Positions 25,235-38,890 of a DNA stretch of 64,000 bases are shown here, in pieces; positions within the stretch are counted from its first letter, which is position 1; each line of letters starts with the position of its first letter. The notes beneath the pieces are model-generated. The model saw nothing but the letters and a program-made list of their open reading frames with translations. It ran no database searches and was not told the DNA's origin. The DNA lies in contig OX597819.1 in assembly GCA_951406725.2 (NCBI GenBank), positions 131,006,001 to 131,070,000 of the forward strand. Direction: 5' to 3'. The stretch is from Octopus vulgaris. Taxonomy: Eukaryota. A program made the translations under genes and the position numbers.

Positions 25235-25370
25235 TAACGATTAAATAATTAAATTTAGAAAAATTAGAAGAAAAGTTTTTTAAAACAATATTTCTATAGT
25301 AGTGTTCAGATTTAAGTGGCATTCTGCCTTTCTCTGACTCCCTTGTTTGCACTTGTGTGTTCGAGGTAGT

Positions 25371-25401
<31 letters not shown>

Positions 25402-26177
25402 TATTATAAAAGGCAGATTTTATCTGCCTCCCTTTGTCTCTTATAGAAATCTACAATATAGGATTTCTTCAATTACAATTTACCTAGCATTTTTAAGAGT
25501 AGAATGCATCGGGTCTTGCCAGATCCACTTTTTAAAATTTCAACCCCAATTAAGCAAAATTTAGAGAAAGCTCACATTGTGGTGTATGAGTCAAATGCCT
25601 TTCTTAGTGTGGGATACAGCACACGCACACACACAGTGTGCAACGAATAAAGTGAAAGTAATTCACTGTGTTTGTGTTGACAGGTAGACAATAGAATGCG
25701 ATGGCGATGTAATATTTGTTTCTGTCTATGACGCTGATAGATACATGAGTAAAATTTATGGGGAGATAAGAGTGAGTGAAAATGTTCTTGGAAGAGAGTA
25801 AATGGCGAGAGAGTGATTTGAGGAAGACTTTACATTAAATAGCCGTAGTGGCCTGTCAAATGAGAGGAGTGACAGGGTACTGGAGGAAATAGGGTGAGTG
25901 AGGAAGATGGCCCCTAGCAACCACACCTTTTAAGATAGGGATTTCTAAGGTAGCCCACGAGCATCATCACCTCATTCTACATGTCCCTGTAAATTTTGGA
26001 GTGAATCGGATGGGATAAAGTTATCTCTAAGAAACAGAAAGATCGCCCAAAAGTGTATATAAATATTTAAATGTGTTTATATATTCATCTATACACACAT
26101 GTATGTATAATGTGCGTGTATATATTTCCATAGAGGTAACCATTCAATCCATACAAAGTTTTTTAGGACGAAAATAT

Positions 26178-26969
26178 TTATATATAAAAGAAAGGTTGTG
26201 TGTCTGTCTACTCCGATTTAGATTCCTAACTACTCCCACATTTTGCGATGCAGTTTAACCAAAACCGGGTATCTTATAGTCGTGATTCATATCGAGCCCT
26301 TCTGGGTATTAGCGTGCGTCTATGATTTTACAAATAATTTACCATCATTTTTTTCCATTTTAATGCATATTTTTTTAATAAAGGGAAGTAACTCTCAAAC
26401 TTCACACCAATATGCATGCTCATATGCGACGTAATATCACATCAGCAGCATTTCCTCACACCCTCCTTGCACTTGGCGAAGGCAAAATACCAGGGGATGA
26501 AAATGGTAATATTGCCATCGATTCCATTTGTACCATTGTTAAGACGCCTTCTGATCTCAGAGATGCAGTGTTCCCAGATCTACAAGCTAATTATCAGAAT
26601 ATGGATTGGATTGGCAAAAAGGCTATACTGGCCCCGAGGAATAAAACTGTTCACCATATTAATGATGAAATGCTAAAACTCATTCCTGGGGAAGTCTATG
26701 TATATCAGTCTATCGATACAACTCCTGACCCAGAGGACGTCATCAACTATCCAATAGAGGTACTCAATTCCTTTGAGCACCCCGGACTACCACCACACTT
26801 TCTCAAACTTAAAGTTGGTGACCCTATAATGCTCATCAGAAATTTGGTTCCCCCAAAACAATGCAATGGCACACGTTTGATCGTTAAGTCCTTATCTCCC
26901 ACCGTAAACTTATGTCAATATTTGCCTGAATAATCATCATAATTCAGTGCTTTCAAGCAATTCTGCTAG
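26178..26969 (+). mobile_element. Internally deleted Helitron carrying a PIF1-like helicase fragment (~26457-26905)
   Basis: LLALGEG...AILAPRN...YPIEVLNS...GLPPHFLKLKVGDPIMLIRNL...CNGTRLIV is a typical Helitron helicase segment; 3' CTAG|T at 26966-26970. A second Helitron-like 5' end (TCTTATTATAAAAGG) lies at ~25399. Confidence 0.85.
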
Positions 26970-29588
26970 TATATATATATATATAAAGTTAATCCAAACG
27001 AGAAAACAAAAACAAAAAATCAACGCAAGGACGTGGGACAAATAAAGTATTATTGGACGCTCAGGGAAGAAGGAGTTTGACGTTTTAAGCGGAGCTCTTC
27101 GTCGGAAACATGGAAGGGAAGACAGAGGAGGGGGAATCGCTAGTGATACAGACGAGGTCACATACTATATGATCTTTAGTAATTTGTTTCTGGTAGTTGT
27201 TTGGACAATGATCTGAATGCAGTCTGTCCGAAATTGACACAACTTCATTTTGTTGAGTTGTTTTTGTGCTGCAAAGTGCGGATTCATTGGGGGACATTGT
27301 TAATGCTTAATCTAGAAATATCTCTTCTTTTCACTGCATATTAATCCTTGGAGTAATTGAGAATATGAAGCTTCGATGTTTGCAGGTCCTGCTTCTCTAC
27401 TTAGAGAAGAGCAATTACATTATAGTTTCAAATGTATTGTGTTTGCATCATGGGTGTGGGCTTTCTTCCATGTGCACTGGTTCCTTTTGACTGGTTTAAT
27501 GGAATGTAAAGTTTTGAGTTTATTTAGAAAAATAAATGGTTGGTTCAATCGTTGCCTGGTGATGGTAACATCATCATCATTTAGCATCCGCTTTCCATGC
27601 TGGCATGGGTTGGACGGTTCGACCGGGGATCTGGGAAGCCAGAAGGCTGCACCAGGCCCAGTCTGTTCTGGCAGTGTTTCTACAGCTGGATGCCCTTCCT
27701 AACGCCAACCACTCCGTGAGTGTAGTGGGTGCTTTTTACGTGCCAGACTAGGCTGGCAAATGGCCACAATTGGATGGTGCTCTTTACGTGCCGCCGGCAC
27801 GGGGACCAGACGAAGCTGGCAATGGCAACATACTATAATAATATATAAATTGTTAGTTGGCGGAATACACAGTATAGCTGTGAAGCAGTGTGGTGTGACA
27901 AATGGATCTTATATTTGCTCCTTGTGATTCTTCATTGTTCGGTGTTGGTAAATTAATGGAATAATTTGTAGATTGAGCTTGAAACATTAAGTCATGGGTT
28001 CGTCTGCCAGAGATTATTCATTCATTTTGGGATTGGCCTTATCAGCTCATACAAGTTATCTTCTATCTCCAGCTGAGTTAGCTTCATCCCTGAACAAACA
28101 CTTGCAGTGCCATGTGTGGAGCTTTATCTCATTTTAATTTCTGGAATTCAATTATTACTCCTGTTAATTTCTCCCATAATTGCAGATTTTGCTCTCTCCG
28201 AAGAGAATTTGTTTTTGACCAGAGGAGCACTCCTGCCATCCATTTTATACTGGCACTGGTCAGGTTGCTTTTGTGGTTTGCTCCTGTGCATGTTTTATCT
28301 TTGCATAGGTTTTACTGCTGCCAGCAACTTGTTAGTACTTTGGTGTGTTATGGCATCAGCACTAGTGAAGTCCACTGCAAGACTAATGAGTCTTCTGTCT
28401 TGTAACTCACTTGCCTTGATATATTTTGACATTGAATTCTGGACTGGTGGCTATCTTTAATGATGGTTAAGCAAAATGCTGAGCTTTATCAAACTATCGA
28501 GTCAGTATATGTTATAGTTCTTGCATCAGATTTTGTGGTCGTATTTCTAATTTGTATTAATATTTTAAAATTTATTGCAAGAGTGCTGTTGCTATTAGCC
28601 ACAGGCATTTATAAATTTTAGGAAAAGTTCTGATTGCTTCAAACTCGTGCTCACATTTTAAAAGTAATGAAGACAATTGTTATACAACAGAATGACTGGA
28701 ATCTCTGGTAAAGCTTCCATTATGGAGTTATTCTTATGTCATCCATCACTGGACTCCAACCTCAGAAATTCAGTGAAGGTATTTTATCGTCTATGAGATA
28801 CAAGCCTATTAAAACTGTATACCATGACTCCATGTTATTTCTTGGATTAATAGCTTCCTATCAGATTGTAATAAGCAATCACATCATTGACAGCTCAAAG
28901 CTGTGAAATAATGAATGATTAGTTCAAAAAAGCATCTGGTTTTTTTTTCCTGTCAGAGAATTTACTGCTGCTTCCTGTAGAACAGTGGTCCACAACTTTA
29001 TATTCTTCTCAAAATCTGGTGGCACACCTGAACTAAAGGTATAGGGGATAAAATTATATTCAGGTAACACTGCAGTGTACCTAGCATACTGGTTGTGGAG
29101 CACTGCTCTACTAACAGGTAACAAAATTTAGCTTCCAAGTCCTACATTTTTATTTCCCTAACCAATTCTAGCAGCTTTCATTACCTTCACTGTTTTGTTT
29201 CAGGACTTTAATAATACATCATTACTTTGGTTTGATTTGAAACTCTTAAGCTGCTATTTCTAATAAGCAAGACATCCCTCAACTTCAAAAGCTAAGTGAA
29301 CCTATATGACAATAATTCCAAGCTCTAGCAATTCCATCAGAGGTGGAAGAGCTGAGAAACATTAAGGTAAGGAGAGTGAGAAAAAGGTAACACATTCCAA
29401 TGAGAACTTCAGACTAAGCACCTACACCAAGGGGGCTTAATAGTGGAGACAGTCCGAGGTAAGAGCAATCAGGTACAATAGGATCAGACATTCAAGCGAA
29501 CAACCTTTCTGGTGGGAAGCACAGGTACTCATTCGGAAACCTCACAACTGTGCACAGTGGTTGACTTGCCACACTGGAGTAACCTTAA

Positions 29589-29799
29589 CCCTTTCATTAC
29601 CAACCCAGCTCTTGCTTTGAGTACAAATGTTTTGTTTTCATAAGTTTTGAATTAAAATCTTCCACCAAACTTTAGTCCCAATTTATGTTCCTAACACTAG
29701 CTTAATGATAATTAAGTTATTTTACTAAATTCTTTGTTATATTTAAAATTGATTGAAAGAAACACAGAGCATCTCAACAGAAATATGGTAACAAAAGGG
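29589..29799. mobile_element. piggyBac-like MITE
   Basis: TTAA|CCCTTTCATTACCA...TGGTAACAAAAGGG|TTAA. Relatives at ~35310-35500, 48982-49193, 52766-52928 (also repeated in the array) and 63450-63535. Confidence 0.8.
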
Positions 29800-32700
29800 T
29801 TAAAATGCGGGGCAAAGGTGACCCATTTTGACTAAATACCAGAAGAGGTACAATAAGGTCCTTTGCAGAAACTGCCAGGTGGGCAGACCTACCAAGAACT
29901 AACACCAATGGGTATCAGATTTCTATGGAAAGATAAGGTTCCTAAAGCAAAAGCAGCTGTGTATCATATATTTTGCCTCTGACTGGGGGAATGCCACTAG
30001 AAAGGAAGACTTATTTCCCAGGCCACTTTTGGTTCTATTCAAGAACACTTGAATGGTCATCATATGCCCAAGGCACTGGGTTAGGTCAGACTTGTTATTT
30101 CTCACCAACTGAGAAATGCTAAATCCCAAGACTTGGTTGATGAGGCTTTTGTCAAAAGATCATATGCAGGTTTATTCCCTATACAAGTCAACGGCGCTCA
30201 TGCTTTCGCCTGAGCAATGTCCTAACTTAAAAGCACCACCTGATAGGATGTAAGATCATTGTTTAGTCGTGTTTTGTGATTTGGTCTATTAAAGTAAGGA
30301 GATGTATCCAGAAATAGATGCCTTATCTGGTATGCTTTCAAGAAATTTATCCAGGTTTCGTTTGAAGGTGATGGGAACCTTTGAATTTGTCTTGGGGTAA
30401 TGTTAAATGGCTCAAAGCCTGTTGAAAAAAAATTTATTACAGTGAATTTACGTGTTGAGAGCCCGAATTGTGTCTGGCATGTGGCCACAGTCCTTGATGA
30501 ATTCTGAATTTAATGATGATATATTCTCGCTATTGTGCAAATGGTGTAGCGCTGGAGAAAAAGATTGAATGCTTTAAGATGATCTCAAGATCAGTCATGC
30601 CCTTAATTTTTCTTAGAATTTAAAGTTTATCTTTTCACGGAAAGTGCTCAAGAACAAGCTATAAGAACAACCACCTTTGTAACGAAACCAATTAGTAAAT
30701 TTACCTTTATTTTCCTAGATACATAAACCTGATGATTAGAGCATGGAAATATTTTACATAGAATCAAAAAAGGGGAAAAAAAATTAATGTAACGGCGAAG
30801 TTTGAACCCAGAAACAATAAAACCGTGAAAGTAAACTAAGATATAACAGCACTTCACAACAAAATAGATATTACAATTGAGCAATTAAGAATCCGTGAAG
30901 TTCTGAAAAAGAATTTTAAGGAAAACTGTTCGGAGGCCATGAAGAATTGTGAACAAAAATTGCACCAAATTACTTTCTTTGAAGAGTATTCATTGCAAAA
31001 TCTATTACGATTTGTGCATCTTTGTTAATAGAAATAACGACGTTGCCCCTATATACTTTTTATTCCGCTAACGTTTTAAATATATCTGGATACACGGTTA
31101 CATGAATATATACGTATGTATATATAAACACATTTATGTAGACAATATTTCACATAAATCGACTTATTTTTTTACCCAAGATAAAAAAATTGATTATAAG
31201 AATATATTTCACGAAATCTCGTTGTCATATAATATTGCCACGGCATGCATATATATTGTATATATATATTTATAAACGTGTGTTGTTATATCGAGCGAAG
31301 CACGTGCCCGTTTACTTAATTATCTCCGTCTATAAAACCAGTTTGCGGCGCCTTAAATGTTTCTTGTCCTGTAAAGTAAGTTAGTTTTAATTATCAAAAA
31401 TCTATAAATACACTCTCACGGATGTATTCCACGCGTTTGTTACCTAAATTTCTTGTTTAGATTTAAATCTATTCCGTATGAAGACATCGTTAGATACGTT
31501 TCTGTGTGAAGAGATATTTACGTTTACGCTAACTTGTAGACATAAACTTTTAATTTCCAAACATGATTTAAGGATTTGTTACCAAAACTTTAGGTCTACC
31601 AAGAATATAACCGCAAAATGCTTTTTTTTTTCCATTTTGAGAGGCCGTTATAATAGATAAATGATTTTTCGGAGTTAATTATATTAAAACTGCGGGATTA
31701 AAAGACTCTTCGACTGATACAGTGGGCTTGAATCATGAGATGTTACATTTAAAATAGTGGAAAGCACTTGCTTTCATCGTTAATGCAAACAAACACCACA
31801 TAAAAAATATATTAGTTGTCTATCTCCACGTAAACCCAGTCGAACTCATTTCACCGAGTGAGACTATCTTATTTCTTTTGTTGTAATTTAGAATATTTAC
31901 TCGTTTTCTTATTTGAGACTTTAGCGAAAGAGGAGGGTTGGCTGCTATTTCTAACAAGCAAAGTGGTTCGGAAAACTTCGTTCTGTTATAAGTAGGGTTA
32001 TAGTTTAAGTGTTAGTAAAACAAATACATATTAAATCTATAATAAACTGTTTAAATAAAGCCACCAGTCCTTTGATTGGCAGAATCGTTGGAACGTCAGC
32101 GAAAATATCTTCGGTATTTAGTGAAGTCCTTTTTTTACGTTCTGAGTTCAAATCCTGCCGCGCTCATCGTTGCTTTTCACTCAAAGATCTATAAAATAGG
32201 TAGTGACATCAATTTAATATTCCTATAAATCATCCTCAAGGAGGAATGAGGTTATAATATATTAGTTTGAAGCTTGTAAATATCGTACATAAACAAAGTA
32301 CAGCTGAGGGGGTGTTTACAGAAAAACTATTAGGAAAAAGAAATACGAAAGGTGGATTTCTTGCGGTCATGAAAGGAAATTAAGCGTTCGATTAGATCAG
32401 TCATGGACAACCTGCGGGCGGCCCGCGGGACTTACTAAATGGCACACCCAACGAAAAAATTACCTTGAGTCTTTTAGCAGCGTGAACCACGTCTTATGTG
32501 GCTTGCTTCTCGAAAAAAGTTGTTCGTGCCAGGATGAGAGGGACAGATACCGAGCTGAATAGGACTCCAAGCCTCTCAACTGTATTCTCAGTTACTATAG
32601 AGTATGTTGTGTATACTTCGTCTACTGTCCGAACACCACGGTTTGGCTTCACTGTACCATGGTGGCACAGACCAGCAGTCGATTGAATCGGCTCCAGTGC

Positions 32701-33115
32701 TTGATTGGTAATTCTGTTTATATTAATCCCGGAAGAAAGAGTCGGGGAAGGAAAATATATGATTATGTAAATAAAGAAGGAAAGAACAAGAGTGCTGGGA
32801 AATAAAAAGGATTACACCCAGAGTTGTGACTGGCCTTTTAAAGAAATGAATAAATATAGATTAATATTTCTACAATACAATATTATAGATCCATTTTTGC
32901 CAATGGTTTAGCATGAGTGTTAGGGGAAAACCGCAATCCTGGTGTTCGTCAGAAAGGCTGGTAGGAAGAAATTGGCTTTTTAAACCATTTCCTCTGTCGA
33001 GTCCTACACAAGGATGCTAATTTAAACACCCGCATAGCTACAGACTCACCACACAGATATTCTTAAAGGACACGTTGCACAGATACATGTACACACACAT
33101 TGGTACATGCACATC

Positions 33116-33298
33116 ATCATCATCATTGTTCGACCGTGGTCGAGACAATGGAATTTACCATGCTACGCCAGACTTCACGGTCCGTCATGGCATTACGGAG
33201 GTCCTGTTGCTGGATGCTTGTATCCCTGGTGATTACATCAGGGTAGGAGAGTGTGCGCCCTCTGGTATTGCGAGTAGATGGCTTCCAGAGGAGAAGAC
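33116..33298 (-). mobile_element. RTE-type LINE 3' fragment with (GAT)n tail
   Basis: LLWKPSTRNTRGRTLSYPDVITRDT..DLRNAMTDREVWR; also at ~34865-35095(+) and 40635-40970(+). Confidence 0.7.
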
Positions 33299-34133
33299 AT
33301 GGACATACAAGCAAACCATATAAAGATAAATACATAGAACAAGATACATGCACACATCTCAATAGATAAAAGTATGCATCTATAAACTTAGGAAGAAAAC
33401 TTTTTAATTTTAATGCAGGAGTGGCTGTGTGGTAAGGAGCTAGTTTACCAACCACATGGTTCCGGGTTCAGTCCCACTGCGTGACATCTTGGGCAAGTGT
33501 CTTCTGCTATAGCCTCGGGCCGACCAAAGTCTTGTCAGTGGATTTGGTAGACAGAAACTGAAAGAAGCCCGTCGTATATATGTATATATATATGTGTGTC
33601 TGTGTTTGTCCCCCTAGCATTGCTTGACAACCGATGCTGGTGTGTTTTTGTCCCCGTTACTTAGCGGTTCGGCAAAAGAGACCGATAGAATAAGTACTGG
33701 GCTTACAAAAGAATAAGTCCCGGCGTCGAATTGCTCAATTAAAGGCGGTGCTCCAGCATGGCCGCAGTCAAATGACTGAAACAAGTAGAAGAGTTAGTGC
33801 TCTACATTTTCCACATATGTGTGACATTAAGATTTATGAAATAAAAATTATTGAAGTTAAACATTGAATTAATAGTGTTTGCTTTTATTAGCGTATAAAA
33901 TATAAGCTGTTTGACTGGAAGACTCTCTAAATCTGTACAGAGACTGGTCTTTTAGCAATAATGTATTGCCAAAATATTTACAGTCTGTTCACTGCACTTC
34001 TAAAATTTTAGCAAGTTGTTAAGCTACCTAAATTCTAACTACAGGAACTATACAAAAAAAATAAAAAGCCCAATATCAGCAATAAATAAATATTACTCGA
34101 GGCTAATACAAAAGGCCTCAGGATATGAATTTG

Positions 34134-34518
34134 ATGGATGGAAGCACTCCGTCGGTTACGACGACGAGGGTTCCGGTTGATCTGATCAACGGAACAGCCT
34201 GCTCATGAAATTAACGTGTAAGTGGCTGAGCACTCCACAGACACGTGTACCCTTAACGTAGTTCTCGGGGATATTCAGCATGACACAGAGAGTGACAAGG
34301 CCAGCCCTTTGAAATACAGGTACAACAGAAACAGGAAGAAAGAGAGAGAAAGTTGTGGTGAAAGAGTACAGCAGGGATCACCACCATCCTCTGCCGGAGC
34401 CTCGTGGAGCTTTAGGTGTTTTCGCTCAATAAACACTCACAACGCCCGGTCTGGGAATCGAAACCGCGATCCTACGACCGCGGGTCCGCTGCCCTAACCA
34501 CTGGGCCATTGCGCCTCC
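34134..34518 (-). mobile_element. tRNA-derived SINE, family D
   Basis: Head GAGGCGCAATGGCCCAGTGGTTAGGGCAGCGG...GGTTTCGATTCCC (A and B boxes); partial copy at ~9612-9710(+). Confidence 0.75.
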
Positions 34519-35570
34519 TCTATGAATTTGAACTGCATCCAGTAATGGGACCCTGGCTCAGGAGTTCCAGTGTTTTGAGGAATGTAGAACCACTTCTCAA
34601 CCATTATTATTCCTAGGTCTACTCTGGCCCAGAGTAGTACCACTTGCCAGGGTTCCAGCTTTGGGTTAAGTAAATAACACGCAACCACATGTAACCAGGG
34701 TACATTGAAATCATGATGGATGTGAACTATTTCAACAGATGAAATTATTGAGTCAATGGCAAATATCTCTAGATTCTGAGAGGATAAACTGACCAAAAAT
34801 CCATCAGTGGGCAGAATCAACCAGTTTGGTTAAACTACTGCTATCATCTTGAGTTGCAGTATATGCAGATCAGTTTGCTGGACATTGTTGTAGAATTGAA
34901 AACGAGGTAATTTCTCCTCTTCTCCTCTGGAAGCCATCTGCTCGCGATACCAGAGGATGCACACTCTCCTACCCTGATGTAATCTCCAGGGATACAGGCA
35001 TCCAGCAACAGGACCTTCGTAATGCCATGATGGACCATGAAGTCTGGCGTAACAGTAAATTCCATTGTCTCGACCACGGTCGAACAATGATGATGATATA
35101 CAGATGAGATATTTCAGCTATCAGAAGGGCAACATGATTTGTTGGTCCAGACAAGTTACCCAATTTGGATGGATGAAGATCTAAAAATACAATTTTAAAA
35201 TAAAGTGAATTTTAGAATCTCAAACAACTGCAGTTGGTCGACATTAACAACAATCAGTATGAAATTTCAAAAATTCTATTATTCCTTTTAATACCTAACC
35301 ACTTGGAACTTCCCTTGGTTCTGTGATTGAAATTTCCTGTTTTGAAGTGACCAGCATTAAAGTCTTCCGTCAAAATTTCATGTTTATGTTCCAAATACCA
35401 GCTTCATATTTACCAAATTATTTTACTAAATTCTCAATAATTTTCAAAGTTAATTGAAATAAAGGCAATGTACTTAATCAGAATTATTGTAACAAAAGGG
35501 GTAAATATTTCGTTTTGGGATTTGGTTGGCAAGATTCTTTATATGAGTTCGTGTGTTGAAGCATATTCTG

Positions 35571-35809
35571 TTGTGTCTGGGGAGAGTCATTTTCTTTTTG
35601 TGCCTTGTTATGTAACACACTCACCAGTAAAATTTCCACTTTTTTCTTGTTTTTATTGTCCTAAAATTTTCATTGTGTCTCGCAACCTTTTCAGTTGCAA
35701 GACGCAACAAAAATTTTAGGACAATAAAAATAAGAAAGAAGTGGAAATTTTACCGGTGAGTGTGTTACATTATAAGGCACAAAAAGAAAATGACTCTCCC
35801 GAGACACAA
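35571..35809. repeat. ~240-bp imperfect palindrome (foldback)
   Basis: TTGTGTCTGGGGAGAGTCATTTTCTTTTTGTGCCTT... is mirrored by ...AAGGCACAAAAAGAAAATGACTCTCCCGAGACACAA around a short AACCTTTTCAGTT centre. Confidence 0.9.
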
Positions 35810-37306
35810 TAAAAAGGAGTAAAGTTAATGAAATAAAGCAATAGATTCATGAAAGAAGCAAAAGAGAAGGACCAGCAAGCTGTAGAGGGAGGACATCTAA
35901 TAGGGTTAGGGTTAAATGTGTTGAAATATATTGGGGAGATGAGAAGGAATAACTTCTGAGGTGGGAAAATACTGTTGCATATTTGATGACTTGGGTTAAA
36001 AAAAAACAAAACATATTTTGTCCTTTTTTTAAGACTAAGTACCAAGCATTAAAGATACACTCAAAGCCTCACAGAAGTACTTTCAGATCAAGCCTGACAC
36101 TTGAGAAATGCAAGCACAAGGACTGCCCTGCCCTGCATAGCTGCACCAACAGAGGTGCCACCTCCTACAAACAGAACGGGTTTGTAAGAGCACAAAGAAG
36201 ACAGGAGCTGAGCAGGTCCAGAGCTGACTCTTGGTCTCCATTCACAGCAATGAACCTTCCAGAACCTTCCAAGCCTGCATCCAGCCTCATCAGCCACAGA
36301 TGTATCATGACCCATCTTCTCCTGCATGATGTCCTTGGTCATCATCAACAGTAAATATTACTAGATTTGATATACCCATTTCTTTACTACCCACAAGGGG
36401 CTAAACACAGAGAGGACAAATGGATTAAGTCAATTATATCGACCCCAGTGCGTAACTGGTACCTATTTAATCGACCCCGAAAGGATGAAAGGCAAAGTCG
36501 ACCTCGGTGGAATTCGAACTCAGAACGTAGCGGCAGACAAAATACCGCTAAGCATTTCACCCGGCATGCTAACGTTTCTGCCAGCTCGCCACCCTAAAGA
36601 CAGATGAAATACCTATTTCTTTACTACCCACAAGGGGCTAAACACAGAGGGGACAAACAAGGACAGACAAACAGATTAAGTCGATTATAATCGACCCCAC
36701 TGCGTAACTGGTACTTATTTAATCGACCCCGAAAGGATGAAAGGCAAAGTCGACCTCAGCGGAATTTGAACTCAGAACGTAGCGGCAGACGAAACACCAC
36801 TAAGCATTTCGCCCGGCATGCTAACGTTTCTGCCAGCTCGCCACCCTAAAGACAGATGAAATACCACTAAGCATTTTGCCTAGCATGCTAACCATCCTCC
36901 CAGTTCACACAGCTTTACTTCCGATTGTAATATTAAAAAAGTAAATTTTAAGCAGCAAGCTTAGTGATTAGCTTTCACTTCAAAACATTATAGAGTTAGT
37001 TGAATTCCTGGCTGAATAAATGCAGGTAAGCAGAGTCAATTGATTATGGGGCATGATTGACATTATAACTTCCCCAGTGGATCTCTGTTCAGCATCTAAT
37101 AAAATGTCAACAACTGCTTCTCATTAAAATAAAACATTTATCAACCAGATCCAGGTCATTACTGCTTATAAGCAAAGCAACATTTAAGCATTAAACTGTA
37201 ATTGATATTCAACTATTAATTAGTAATTAAAGCAAGCATATATTATTTTGAAATAAATTTACTGCAACATAAACAATATCCATTAATCTGTTTCAGGTTT
37301 TTCAGA

Positions 37307-38356
37307 ATGAATCTTGAAACCAGGCGGGACATTTTGCGTTGTTATTACGCATCAAGGAATTCTCCTGTTGCTGCCCTTCGTTTATACAAAAAAGAAAAGG
37401 GATTAAAGCATGACCCTTGTGACCCAACGACTGTTACTAAACTTGTTAAACGTTTCGAAGAAACTTACACTCTCATGGATAAACCGAAATCTGGTCGCAA
37501 ATCATTGGCGGACGAACGGAGAAGCCTGATTGATGATGCAAAAACCTATCTGCAAACAACATCCATACGTGCCATTGCTGCAGCTACTGGAATTCCAAAA
37601 TCATCAGTTTACCGTTTACTGAGAAACGATCCTGAGTTGTATCCTTATAAAATGTCCCTGGTAGAAGAGCTGAATGAGTGGGACAAACCCAAACGCCTTA
37701 CCTTTGCCAATTGGCTTCAGGAAAATCTCCATTTGATCTCACGCATTCTTTGGAGTGATGAAGCCCACTTTTATCTTGATGGGAGAATTATTCGCCATAA
37801 CTGCAGAATCTGGAGTCGACACAAAACAGAAAATGATTTAGAACTGTCTTTGAATGGTCCCAGACTAACTCTGTGGATGGGATTTACATCTGAATTTGCG
37901 CTGGAACCATTCATCTTTGATGAAAATGAACACATCAATGCTGATAATTATCTCGCTATGTTGCAACAGCATGTGCGACCTCAACTTGTTAGAAAAGGTA
38001 AACTTTCTCAGACAATTTTCATGCAAGATGATGCACCTGCACATTTTGCACCAGCCATAAAAGATTTTCTCGTTAACACTTTCACAGGGGAACGCGTGAT
38101 CTCTCCCGGCTGTTCTAATGAATGGCCACCACGATCCCCTGACATAATACCAGTAGACTATTGGTTTTGGGGGTGTCTGAAATCTAAAATTTTTCATAAT
38201 AACTGTCCAACAACTCTGTTTGAAATGAAATGCAAAATCATAGAAGCATGCAATAATTTCACTATAGAGGACTTTTCAGCTGCTGTTGCTAATCTACCAA
38301 AGCGTGTTGAGCACTTAATACAAGCTGCAGGTGGGAATATTGATCATATTGTATAG
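37307..38356 (+). CDS. Intact Tc1/mariner-superfamily transposase, 349 aa, DD42D (rosa/DD41D-like)
   Basis: N-terminal HTH region (TVTKLVKRFEET..KPKSGRK..SIRAIAAATGIPKSSVYRLL); catalytic WSDEAHF, FMQDDAPAH, WPPRSPDIIPVDYWFWG; 42 residues between the second and third Asp; no stops. Confidence 0.92.
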   Translation: MNLETRRDILRCYYASRNSPVAALRLYKKEKGLKHDPCDPTTVTKLVKRFEETYTLMDKPKSGRKSLADERRSLIDDAKTYLQTTSIRAIAAATGIPKSSVYRLLRNDPELYPYKMSLVEELNEWDKPKRLTFANWLQENLHLISRILWSDEAHFYLDGRIIRHNCRIWSRHKTENDLELSLNGPRLTLWMGFTSEFALEPFIFDENEHINADNYLAMLQQHVRPQLVRKGKLSQTIFMQDDAPAHFAPAIKDFLVNTFTGERVISPGCSNEWPPRSPDIIPVDYWFWGCLKSKIFHNNCPTTLFEMKCKIIEACNNFTIEDFSAAVANLPKRVEHLIQAAGGNIDHIV

Positions 38357-38417
38357 CTGGACAGATCAATCAATGGATTTATGTTTCTCTAATCTACATA
38401 TATATATATATACCTTA

Positions 38418-38611
38418 TTATTAAAGCTGTAAAAGCATCACAAAAATATAGCAAAAAACTGCTACTCAGAGTTTCAATGATTCTGTTCATCAGGCACTTG
38501 TGATCAAGAATGTGATCCATTCTTGATCACAACTGCTTGATGAACGGAAATGTGAAACTCTGAGTAGTAGTTTTTTGCGATATTTTTGTGATGTTTTTGC
38601 AGCTTTAATAA
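38418..38611. repeat. ~194-bp palindrome formed by two inverted hammerhead-type motifs
   Basis: Arms TTATTAAAGCTG.../...CAGCTTTAATAA. Plus strand 38531-38572: AACTGC TTGATGA ACG-GAAA-TGT GAAAC TCTGA GTA GTAGTT. Minus strand 38457-38499 has CTGATGA..GAAAC..GTA. Confidence 0.85.
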
Positions 38612-38729
38612 CAGAGCATATTACTCTACCTCCAGTACTTGAGTACTATTTTTTCCCACCTTGTTTCACATTTATGTCCTTACTCAGGTATATATATACG
38701 TAAATATATATATATATATATATATATAC

Positions 38730-38788
<59 letters not shown>

Positions 38789-38840
38789 CCCACCTTGTTT
38801 CACATTTATGTGCTTACTCAGGTATATATATACATAAATA

Positions 38841-38890
<50 letters not shown>

